IMG/VR virus record: IMGVR_UViG_3300042319_002138
Location: 62,001 to 126,000 of that record
Strand: one strand, 5' to 3'
Length of the DNA: 64,000 bases
How positions within the stretch are numbered: position 1 is the first letter of the stretch; the number at the start of each line of letters is the position of its first letter. The notes beneath the pieces are model-generated. The model saw nothing but the letters and a program-made list of their open reading frames with translations. It did not search any database and had not been told where the DNA came from. Shown here piece after piece: positions 39,837 through 49,021 of this stretch. The translations under genes and the position numbers were made by a program.

Positions 39837-42800
39837 ATGGCACTTAATCAAGGACCACAACCAAAAGTTCAAGATATGGGTAACGGAATTAGATACGTTG
39901 ACCCAAACCCAACAGATGAAATAGTTAATCACGAAGACTTGGTGATGTATGTAAAACTAGTTGCTAGGTCTAAAGGTAGAAGTATCTTAACATTTGATGA
40001 CGCTAATGACCAAGTTACTAATATTGTAGAACAAAGAAATGTAAAATCAGAAACTAACTTCACATACCCAACAGGTAAAGATAGTATTGATACTAGTTGG
40101 ACTAACATTGGGGGTGGTAACTTAAACTTTGGTGAAGATTTAGGTTCATTTGGTATCACAAATATTAATATAGAATTTAAATCTAGTTTCATGCCACAAA
40201 TTGTAATTGATTTTGTGGATGTTCGTGGAGCAGCTTTATTTGAACAAGGACCCTGTTCACCTTACGCAGTCTTTTTTCACTTACCTTACCCTGTTTTTGA
40301 ATTAACAGTAAAAGGATATTATGGTAGACCAGTTACATACACATTAGCTTTAACTAAATTTAATACAAAATTTAATTCGGACACAGGTAACTTTGAATCG
40401 AAAGCAGAATTTGTGGGTTATACTTATGCATTCTTAGCGGATATCCCTATGGGATATGTTATGGCAGCTGGATTTATGGAAAAACCACATAATGGTAAAG
40501 ATATTTTGGCTGAAAAATGGAAATTATTAATGGATAAAAAAGTTTTGGTTAATAATGTAGAAACACCATTAATAGACCAAACGTCATTCACTGATGCTAC
40601 AAAACCTATAAACGTTTATGATTTAATTAAATCCTCTAAAAAACTAGAATCAAGAACAAGTGAATTAAAAAATTCTACACAAGTAACCAATTTAGGTAAA
40701 ATTAATAAAACCAAAAATGAGTTAAAGGGGTTACGAGAATCAGTTTTAGAATTTAGACAAAAATTTTTAGAAAAAATAGCTAATTCCCCCAATGGTGGGT
40801 ATAGAATTAGTCCCAATACTACAAACCAAAAAAACACATTATATTTAAAATTACCCAACGTTAGTGCATCAGATGATAATCCAGTATTAGTTGAACTTAA
40901 AAAAGTAGTTGAAACTTATTTTGGTACAGGGGAAAACTCTCAATTAGGTGGTACTATAGGTGCAAAATATAATTCCGTAAATAGTTATTACACAAATAAT
41001 GCTATTGATGGACCACCAATACTTTCTTGGGATACAATTAAAACTAATGCTTCTGGATTTTTCGGTACACCAATAAATATAGTTGATGGTTTAAGAGATT
41101 ATTATATTGATATATATGAAAGTTTATTAAAACCTATTGATGTTGCTAGTGTAGAACTTAATAAAAAATATATAATTGAAAAAGATAATACTAAAAATTT
41201 CTTAAACAAAGAAGTTGTGACCACGTTAGGTTTTTTACCTACAATTAGTAATGTTTTTGCTATAATTCTAACAAACGTTGAGGTATTTCTAGAATTACTA
41301 TTAAGAACTTCTCGTGACGCAGAAAAATATCACCAAGAAAATAATGTGAATATTGGCCTAGATAAAACTGGGCTCCAACAAATTTTAGATTTAAAAGGTA
41401 CCCAAAATAATGGTGCTGAATTATCTGATGAAGAGAACGATAAACAAAAAAACAAAGTATATCCTTGGCCAACATATTATGAAAAGAAACAAGGTTCTGA
41501 TAGTGAAGTTGGGGATAAAGAAACATACCCAGGGGAAAATCCCGAATTTGTTAGTTGGCCTGAAGTAATATTTGTTGAATCGTTTATTAAAGCTTTAACA
41601 AAATTAAAAGGTGAATTAGCTGTTTTAGAATTACAATTAGAAAATTTACCTGGTTATGATAATTTTGCCCCAATCACACCCTACGAAACTCACGCATTTG
41701 GTGTAGTAGAATCACCAAATAGATGGTTAAAAATACAAAACGGTAGTAGTGACCAAGCTTCTTGGGCTGATTCAATCTATAAAGTAATGGGTGAAAATGC
41801 TTTTATTATTGGTGACTACACTATGATTAATAGTTTAAGTGTTTGGAAATCACAATTAGGTTTTAAAAATGGTTGGGGTGTAGAAACATTAACTAATGGT
41901 AATGGGGCTAGTAATGGATATTCTAACACTGGTAATAAGTATTCTATTAAACCACAAAGATTAGCAGAAAACCCAAAAGTATTACAAAATATTGCTGCAA
42001 ATAACCAATTAGGTAGATATGGTGGTGAAGGATTTACCTACGGTTCACAAGGGAAAGATACAGATTCTTTTAAAAGAAAAATAGTTCCCGCTACCACAAA
42101 AAGAATGAAAGATTGGGGTTATGTTGATGCTTTAAATTTGATGACAACCCTTAAATTAGATGGCGGGGTAAATACGACCCTAGAATGGTTACAAAATGAT
42201 ATTACAACAGCAAAGAAAGATTTTATTATAACAGAAATAAAAAGAGTTTTAACCAATAAACTTAAAACACAAAAATTTGATGAGTGGAAAGTTTCGGCTA
42301 CCGCGGCTATTGGTGGTACACCAGCTCTTGTAGATAAACAATCACAAATATGGAATAGCTATTTCCAATACGTTACAGCTAAAAATGTATTAACACTAAC
42401 AGGCCCAATTTATTTAAATGATAGGGTTGATAGTGCTAAAGATATAAAAATATCAGCAAACCCACATAATAATGACGGAAGTGGAGCTGTTTTAGTAAAA
42501 GACACTGATTTAACAGCAAGAGAAATAGATTTTAGTAGTGATTCATTAATAGAAGAAATTAAAAATGGTTATAAAAAATATTATGCTAGTACTGAAGAAA
42601 CTGATAGTGGTATAGCCGAAAATCTTTTAGAAGTTGGTTCTTTAGCGTATAGATTATTAAAATTCAGGCCAAAAACACCTAGGGACAAACCAACTACCGC
42701 TTATGATACAAAAAAAGTGATAGAGACAGAGGCTGACATAAATTTAAGTAGAGATAAAAATACAAATATGCTTACTTTAGGTGATTATTTTGCACCTAAT

Positions 42801-45014
42801 TTTTATCATACATATGAAAACCTAAAAGACCTACCACAAGAGGGACCAATATTAGATTTAAGTTCATCGAGAACAATTTATGACAGTTATTCTCCAAAAT
42901 ATATATTTTGGTCTAATTTTATGGGTGCCTCAAATACTAATACTTCTGTTGGTTCCGCGGATTCAATAATAAACACACCACTATGGTTACTTAATTATCC
43001 TTTATGGAAAAATTCTTGGCAATACGCTGAGTCTGGTGGTGATAACGGTACCGTGGCTCTTGATGAAGTAGTTTCAATAGTGGCTGGTAAAACTTCTGGT
43101 GAATTTGCTACTTACCTTGGAGAAGATATTGGTACATACCCATCTTACCATAATAAAGCTGATTCAAACCAAAGAAGAAATTGGTCTACTTGGTGGGGAT
43201 TAAATCAGTGGGGTGTAGATAATACTAATAATATATACAAACCATTGGCTTATATGGCGGTAATGTCATTTGGTTTTGATAATTTAAAATCTGAATTTAG
43301 AACAGGACATTTTCCACCTTGGGATGGCAATAGTGATACAGATTTATCATCATTTTCTAATTTCACAACTTCAGCTATTATGGCATATCCACCTAAAGCT
43401 TATATATTATTAATTGGAGCCATTTTATGGAGAATGAAAGAAACTAATTTATTATTATGGGACGAAATAAAACCTACAAAAGACCCTTTTCCTTATGACG
43501 CTAGTATAAATTCAGGGTGGAATAGATTAAATAAATCATACCTTTCTGACAATTCAAATATAGGTATAGATGACATAAACGACCCTGTATGGTTTTTCCA
43601 TACATCTACGTCTAGACCTTGGTTTAAAGGTGGTTCTGTATACGCAATAAAACCAGAACAAAATGCTTTATCTTTTGGTGGTACAAATTCTAGTTATCAA
43701 AGAAGATGGTTAGGTGCCCAAGGGGGTGTAGATAGATGGACCAATGGTGGAGCATCCATAAGTAAAAATTTTGGAACTCAAAAACCAGTAATTATCGGAC
43801 CTAATAACAGTATTAATTTTCCTCCTGGTTTATCTGCTTCTGATTTTAACTTTACAAATTCATTATATCGAGCCGGATGGACTAAATCAAGTTCTATTTT
43901 TGGTAAAAATGATGATAAAGTCCCTAGTAATGGTATATTTAGAAGTGCTGTAGGTAATATTACCAAAGGATGGTTTGACCAATGTAGACCCGACCAAATG
44001 CCTTTTATTTTAAGTGATAGTGGTAGAGGTATTGATTTTACAAGTCCTAAAACATTGGTTATTACTAATCTAAGTACTGAAACAAATAAGAATATCAATT
44101 ACAGTGATAAGACACCTAATTTATTAAATAATAAATACCCTATTTTAAAAGAAGAATGTAAAGAATTAATGTTTATACCAAAAAGTTTAAAAATACAATT
44201 TATTGATGCTTTTGAATCTTGGGCAACAGGTGAAAATGCTAGATGGTTATTAGGCTTAGACCCATTAAATTGGAATGATAATGGTAGTTTAGATAATTGG
44301 TCAACAACAAGTGGTGGTTTTGATAATTCATATGTTTTAAATGGGTATAAAGGATTTTTAACTCAGACTGTTAGAAAAGATAGACAGTATTTAACATACA
44401 CCAAAGAAGATAAGAAAAATTACTATACACAACGTTTTACTTTTCTTGATGAGGGTGAATTATCTGGCACAAAACCAAAACCAAAAAAACAAAAGAAAAG
44501 TAATAGTAATACTGATTACGAACCAGCATCACCTACTTATGATGTTTCATGTTTTGTGGCTGGTTCTAAAATTAAGTTAAGTAGTGGTAAAAATATTAAT
44601 ATTGAAGATTTAGTAGTTGGTGATATTGTATTAAGTTATAATGTAAATACAAATATTTTTGAAGAAAGTAGTATTGAAAACGTTACAATAAATTATAAAG
44701 ATAATCTTGTAATTTACAATTTTGATAACGGAATTAAAATAACTTGTACCGATACCCACCCTATTTGGGTTGTTGGTAAAGGTTGGTCTTCTTATAGACA
44801 AACTGATGTAAATGATTCTGAACATATAGGACCCACAAAACAAATTAGTAGTGGTGATGAATGTTTTTATTATTCTAACAATAAATTTAATAAAGTTAAA
44901 ATTTCTAAAATAATTGAAAAACAAAATAAAATGGTTAGGGTTTGGAACGTTAAAAACGTTACTGGTAACCATAACTTCATCATAAATAATGTTTTAGTAC
45001 ATAACGTTACATAA
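39837..45014 (+). CDS. Giant baseplate hub-like protein (N-terminal part) ending in a Hint domain
   Basis: Follows the LysM gene; FGITNINIEF…FVDVRG…PYPVFELTVKGYYG hub-like N-terminus; C-terminal Hint. Confidence 0.7.
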   Translation: MALNQGPQPKVQDMGNGIRYVDPNPTDEIVNHEDLVMYVKLVARSKGRSILTFDDANDQVTNIVEQRNVKSETNFTYPTGKDSIDTSWTNIGGGNLNFGEDLGSFGITNINIEFKSSFMPQIVIDFVDVRGAALFEQGPCSPYAVFFHLPYPVFELTVKGYYGRPVTYTLALTKFNTKFNSDTGNFESKAEFVGYTYAFLADIPMGYVMAAGFMEKPHNGKDILAEKWKLLMDKKVLVNNVETPLIDQTSFTDATKPINVYDLIKSSKKLESRTSELKNSTQVTNLGKINKTKNELKGLRESVLEFRQKFLEKIANSPNGGYRISPNTTNQKNTLYLKLPNVSASDDNPVLVELKKVVETYFGTGENSQLGGTIGAKYNSVNSYYTNNAIDGPPILSWDTIKTNASGFFGTPINIVDGLRDYYIDIYESLLKPIDVASVELNKKYIIEKDNTKNFLNKEVVTTLGFLPTISNVFAIILTNVEVFLELLLRTSRDAEKYHQENNVNIGLDKTGLQQILDLKGTQNNGAELSDEENDKQKNKVYPWPTYYEKKQGSDSEVGDKETYPGENPEFVSWPEVIFVESFIKALTKLKGELAVLELQLENLPGYDNFAPITPYETHAFGVVESPNRWLKIQNGSSDQASWADSIYKVMGENAFIIGDYTMINSLSVWKSQLGFKNGWGVETLTNGNGASNGYSNTGNKYSIKPQRLAENPKVLQNIAANNQLGRYGGEGFTYGSQGKDTDSFKRKIVPATTKRMKDWGYVDALNLMTTLKLDGGVNTTLEWLQNDITTAKKDFIITEIKRVLTNKLKTQKFDEWKVSATAAIGGTPALVDKQSQIWNSYFQYVTAKNVLTLTGPIYLNDRVDSAKDIKISANPHNNDGSGAVLVKDTDLTAREIDFSSDSLIEEIKNGYKKYYASTEETDSGIAENLLEVGSLAYRLLKFRPKTPRDKPTTAYDTKKVIETEADINLSRDKNTNMLTLGDYFAPNFYHTYENLKDLPQEGPILDLSSSRTIYDSYSPKYIFWSNFMGASNTNTSVGSADSIINTPLWLLNYPLWKNSWQYAESGGDNGTVALDEVVSIVAGKTSGEFATYLGEDIGTYPSYHNKADSNQRRNWSTWWGLNQWGVDNTNNIYKPLAYMAVMSFGFDNLKSEFRTGHFPPWDGNSDTDLSSFSNFTTSAIMAYPPKAYILLIGAILWRMKETNLLLWDEIKPTKDPFPYDASINSGWNRLNKSYLSDNSNIGIDDINDPVWFFHTSTSRPWFKGGSVYAIKPEQNALSFGGTNSSYQRRWLGAQGGVDRWTNGGASISKNFGTQKPVIIGPNNSINFPPGLSASDFNFTNSLYRAGWTKSSSIFGKNDDKVPSNGIFRSAVGNITKGWFDQCRPDQMPFILSDSGRGIDFTSPKTLVITNLSTETNKNINYSDKTPNLLNNKYPILKEECKELMFIPKSLKIQFIDAFESWATGENARWLLGLDPLNWNDNGSLDNWSTTSGGFDNSYVLNGYKGFLTQTVRKDRQYLTYTKEDKKNYYTQRFTFLDEGELSGTKPKPKKQKKSNSNTDYEPASPTYDVSCFVAGSKIKLSSGKNINIEDLVVGDIVLSYNVNTNIFEESSIENVTINYKDNLVIYNFDNGIKITCTDTHPIWVVGKGWSSYRQTDVNDSEHIGPTKQISSGDECFYYSNNKFNKVKISKIIEKQNKMVRVWNVKNVTGNHNFIINNVLVHNVT
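44550..45005 (+). other. Intein-like Hint domain (residues 1572-1723), no endonuclease, followed only by Val-Thr-stop
   Basis: Block A CFVAGSKI, IEDLVVGDIVLS, block B ITCTDTHPIWV, blocks F/G VWNVKNVTGNHNFIINNVLVHN. Confidence 0.92.
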
Positions 45015-46942
45015 TGAGTGATAACACAAGATTAGTAGGATTAAAAAAAGATAAAAACAAAGAACTGTATGAAGAATTATTTGTAACTGATTCTAAATAC
45101 CGTTTAATTTCTTCATCACCTAAAGTTTTTTCTGCCATACATCCTGATGATTTTAATGAAGAATTTTATATATCTGAGGATGAATTAAGTTCATACGTCG
45201 ACGGATTTATTCAAGCGGTGTCAGACAATTCCAAAAAAATTATTGAGTCAATTACACAAAATACGGATAATAACGATAATATAGCTGATTCCGCTTTAAA
45301 TGACACAGACCTAAAACTTTCTTTATATCGTTCATTTAAATCACTTTACGATAAATGGATTTCTTGTTCTGTAATTGGTTCAGATAGTACTTCGGGTAAT
45401 ACTTCAGGTTATTTCTATAATAACTATGGTAGTAGTAGTCCATCTGAAACAAGGATGTTATATGAACATTTTAGTTTTGTTAATAGAGGTAATGGTGATG
45501 TGGGTAAAAAAGCAGTTATAGATTTTTCATACCTTTCTAATTTAGCTAGTACCAAAAACGGACAAGGGCCAACACAATCCCTATACGAATCTATAACTAA
45601 TTTATTAACAAAAAACAATTTTGAATTTTTTGCAATGCCAAACGTAATTGGGTATTCTACAGGGGGCAATGAAGTTCTTGAAAATATTTTTAGAGCTTTC
45701 GATAGTCCTATAGATAGAATACCCGCTAAACCTGGATTTGTGTGTATGTTTATTGGGGGTAATTCTAGGACATTAGATATACCAAAAACTTCATGTAGTA
45801 ATAATGGTATTAATTTTGATTATGTAGACGATACCTTTGATATAGATAAACCCACTACATACCCAGAAGATTTTATTAAAAATGGTGGTATAACAGCTTT
45901 TAAAGTTAGATACGGACAACAAACCCAAAATCATTTTAAATCTTTAGAACTAGACCAATCCGAATTTAAAGAAACTCAAGAATCACTTTTGGTAATTGAT
46001 GCCTTAACAAATCCTAGTAGTGGCTCAGACCCAACACAAATTGGTAAGGGTAATAATATTTATGATATGTATTTGACAAGAAACTATTCTTGTACTGTTA
46101 ACACATTTGGTAACATGCAAATACAACCAATGATGGTCTTTAAATTAGAGAACGTCCCAATGTATAAAGGAACTTATTTAATTACAAACGTCAGTCATTC
46201 CATAAAACCACACAATGTAGAAACAACATTTAAAGGTGTGAGACAACCAATAGTCACCGTACCTATTGTAACAGAAGCTTTGAGTTTGATTGACCTAGCT
46301 CTAGCTGAAACACTACAAGGAGATGCTGCTTTAGGTAACACTGGTGGGGGAGGTGGAGGAACCACAACTACAACTACAATATTACCAGCCAACCAAATAT
46401 TCATAGACGATACTGTTTATGGAGATAGTTCAAATGAACAATGCCCTAAAATAGACGGTATAACAGATGGTGGTGTTGGTGACGCTTATACCGGTGGTAA
46501 ATTATTTAAAATTAGGTTATGTAAGGTAAAAGGTGCACTTATAAACGTCAAAATGGCGGAAAATTTAAATAATATGGTTAATGCCGCACAAGCGGATGGT
46601 GTACCATTAACTTGTGGTAGTAACTTTAGAACAATGGAAGACCAAATAAATACGGCTAAAGCTAATGGGTGTTATAAAACAGGTGTTTATGTAAAAGGTA
46701 ATTGTGACCCTGATACTGCCACACCAGGGAGGTCAAGACACCAAAGTGGATTTGCAATAGATTTTGGTTGTAATGGGTCGACAATTTGTTATAAACACGA
46801 TTCAGCTTGGTGTGCCGCAAATGGTGCTTCTAAAAAACCAAACGAATATGTTTGTTTTAATTGGTTGGTTAATAACGCCTCAAAATACGGATTTATTAAT
46901 TACAACGGTGAGGCTTGGCACTGGTCAATAGATGGTACATAA
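45014..46942 (+). CDS. Hub C-terminal cassette 1: shared core plus M15 (VanY-like) peptidase tip
   Basis: TAATG overlap with the Hint gene; core GNMQIQP…GTYLITNVSHSI…TTFKGVR; tip FRTMEDQ, PGRSRHQSGFAIDF, EAWHW. Confidence 0.8.
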   Translation: MSDNTRLVGLKKDKNKELYEELFVTDSKYRLISSSPKVFSAIHPDDFNEEFYISEDELSSYVDGFIQAVSDNSKKIIESITQNTDNNDNIADSALNDTDLKLSLYRSFKSLYDKWISCSVIGSDSTSGNTSGYFYNNYGSSSPSETRMLYEHFSFVNRGNGDVGKKAVIDFSYLSNLASTKNGQGPTQSLYESITNLLTKNNFEFFAMPNVIGYSTGGNEVLENIFRAFDSPIDRIPAKPGFVCMFIGGNSRTLDIPKTSCSNNGINFDYVDDTFDIDKPTTYPEDFIKNGGITAFKVRYGQQTQNHFKSLELDQSEFKETQESLLVIDALTNPSSGSDPTQIGKGNNIYDMYLTRNYSCTVNTFGNMQIQPMMVFKLENVPMYKGTYLITNVSHSIKPHNVETTFKGVRQPIVTVPIVTEALSLIDLALAETLQGDAALGNTGGGGGGTTTTTTILPANQIFIDDTVYGDSSNEQCPKIDGITDGGVGDAYTGGKLFKIRLCKVKGALINVKMAENLNNMVNAAQADGVPLTCGSNFRTMEDQINTAKANGCYKTGVYVKGNCDPDTATPGRSRHQSGFAIDFGCNGSTICYKHDSAWCAANGASKKPNEYVCFNWLVNNASKYGFINYNGEAWHWSIDGT

Positions 46943-46996
46943 AATATTATGGGTGATAAAAAAAATTAATAGGATTAAAAAAATAAGATAAAAATA

Positions 46997-48982
46997 ATGA
47001 GTGATAACACAAGATTAGTAGGATTAAAAAAAGATAAAAATGATGAACTGTACAAAGAATTATTTGTAACTGATTCTAAATACCGTTTAATTTCTTCATC
47101 ACCTAAAGTTTTTAGTGCAATTCACCCTGAAGATTTTGGAGAAGATTTTTATATTTCAGAGGATGAACTAGGTTCTTATATTGATGGATTTATTCAAGCG
47201 GTGACCGATAACTCTCAAAAAATCATTGATTCCATCACACAAAATACAGATAATAACGATAATATAGCTGATTCTGCTTTAAATGACACAGACCTAAAAC
47301 TTTCTTTATATCGCTCATTTAAATCTCTTTACGATAAATGGATTTCTAGTTCAGAATATAACCAACAACAAACATCTAATTATTTTTATAATGCATATTC
47401 AGCAGAAAAAACTGACGAAAGAATGTTATACGAACATTTTAATTTTGTTAATAGATGTGGTACTGACATAGGTAAAAAGGCTGTTATAGATTTTGCTTAC
47501 CTTTCTAATTTAGCTAGTACCAAAAATGGGCAAGGACCTACACAATCACTATACGAATCTATAACTGGAGTTTTAAGTAAAAATAATTTTAATTTCTTAC
47601 CATTACCTGGGTATATTAAATATTCAGACGCAAATACAAGTGAATTAGAAGATATGTTTAGAGCTTTTGATGGTCCACTAACTAAAATGAGAGCAAACCC
47701 TAAATTTGTGTGTATGTTTATTGGTGGTAGTTCTAGAAGTTTAGATATACCTAGGTCTTATTGTGGTACTAACGGAACTAATTTTGAATATAAAGATGAT
47801 TCTTTTGACATATTTGACCCAACCACTTACCCCCAAGATTTTAATAACGATAAAACAAGTGGTATTGTGGCTTTTAAAGTTAGATACGGACAAGAAACCC
47901 AAAACCACTTTATTAAAGTGGAGTTAGACCAAGCTGAGTTTAGGGAAACACAAGATTCACTTTTGGTAATTGACGCTTTGGTAAACCCAAGTAGTGGTTC
48001 GGACCCAACACAAATTGGTAAGGGTAATAATTTATATGATGTTAACTTAACTAGAGGTTACACTTGTAAGGTTGAGACTTTGGGTAACATGCAAATACAA
48101 CCCACAATGTTTTTTAAATTAGAAAATATCCCAATGTTTAGAGGTACTTATCTAATTACAGATGTATCACACACAATCGTACCACATAACGCTAAAACAA
48201 CTTTTACAGCAACAAGACAACCAATAATTACGGTACCAATTGTGACCGAAGCTTTGAGTATATTAGATTTATCTTTAGTTGAAACAGTACAAGGAGACAC
48301 GAATTTAAATAACACTGGAGGTGGAGGAACCACAACAACCACAACAACTGATAATAATTATGACGAATCTACAGTAACAACATTCAGTGGAATTGATGAT
48401 TGTGTAACAACTTCTTTAAATAGTGTTAAAAATGATGGGTCCTTCCCAGTAATCATAAAAGGATGTTATACGGCTAAAGATTTAGGTGGAGACGCCTTAC
48501 ACTCTTTTAATACTAGAAAAAGTGATAATTTTGGTGGTTATATGTTTACTGAATCAGCAGTACCAGCTAATTTTAGTAATAGAGTTAAAGTTGGTACACA
48601 GGGTGGAGTTTATGCTGGAAAAGGTGTTAACACTGTAATAAAAGAAATAAATAGTAAGGGTGTTAAAGTAAAAGTTTCAAAAATAGAAATTAATATAGAT
48701 TGGACTAATTATTTTGTTAGTTGGGCAGTTACAATAGAAAAAAGTACTGACGAAAAATCTTACATTGGAGTAGCTACTAGAGGTTCAATAGGTAGTATAT
48801 CTTCTGGAAACTATTCAGACAGAGCAGATTCACAAATACCGACATTAAAAAGCCAAAACCCAGAATACGCAAATTGGGTTTCACCAAAAATTATTTATAA
48901 TAAAAATATAATGGCAACTGGTTATTTAGAAGACCCTAAAAAACAATTAAGACAATATTTTTTAGCTTATACAAAAGCTTAA
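46997..48982 (+). CDS. Hub C-terminal cassette 2: shared core plus unknown tip domain
   Basis: Same MSDNTRLVGLKKDKN start and ~435-aa core; GGGGTTTTTT linker; unrecognised ~200-aa tip (DALHSF…). Confidence 0.75.
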   Translation: MSDNTRLVGLKKDKNDELYKELFVTDSKYRLISSSPKVFSAIHPEDFGEDFYISEDELGSYIDGFIQAVTDNSQKIIDSITQNTDNNDNIADSALNDTDLKLSLYRSFKSLYDKWISSSEYNQQQTSNYFYNAYSAEKTDERMLYEHFNFVNRCGTDIGKKAVIDFAYLSNLASTKNGQGPTQSLYESITGVLSKNNFNFLPLPGYIKYSDANTSELEDMFRAFDGPLTKMRANPKFVCMFIGGSSRSLDIPRSYCGTNGTNFEYKDDSFDIFDPTTYPQDFNNDKTSGIVAFKVRYGQETQNHFIKVELDQAEFRETQDSLLVIDALVNPSSGSDPTQIGKGNNLYDVNLTRGYTCKVETLGNMQIQPTMFFKLENIPMFRGTYLITDVSHTIVPHNAKTTFTATRQPIITVPIVTEALSILDLSLVETVQGDTNLNNTGGGGTTTTTTTDNNYDESTVTTFSGIDDCVTTSLNSVKNDGSFPVIIKGCYTAKDLGGDALHSFNTRKSDNFGGYMFTESAVPANFSNRVKVGTQGGVYAGKGVNTVIKEINSKGVKVKVSKIEINIDWTNYFVSWAVTIEKSTDEKSYIGVATRGSIGSISSGNYSDRADSQIPTLKSQNPEYANWVSPKIIYNKNIMATGYLEDPKKQLRQYFLAYTKA

Positions 48983-49021
48983 TTATACTATCTGTTTTAG
49001 TTAAAAAAATAATAAAGTAAT

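Noticed and set aside
44550-45014. Canonical cis-splicing intein or mobile intein with homing endonuclease
   Set aside because: The residue after His-Asn is Val, only two residues follow, and the 152-aa domain has no room for an endonuclease.
45006-45020. Sequencing frameshift that artificially splits the Hint gene from cassette 1
   Set aside because: Two other paralogs start independently at the same Met-Ser, and TAATG is a normal coupling arrangement. Read-level confirmation would still be useful.
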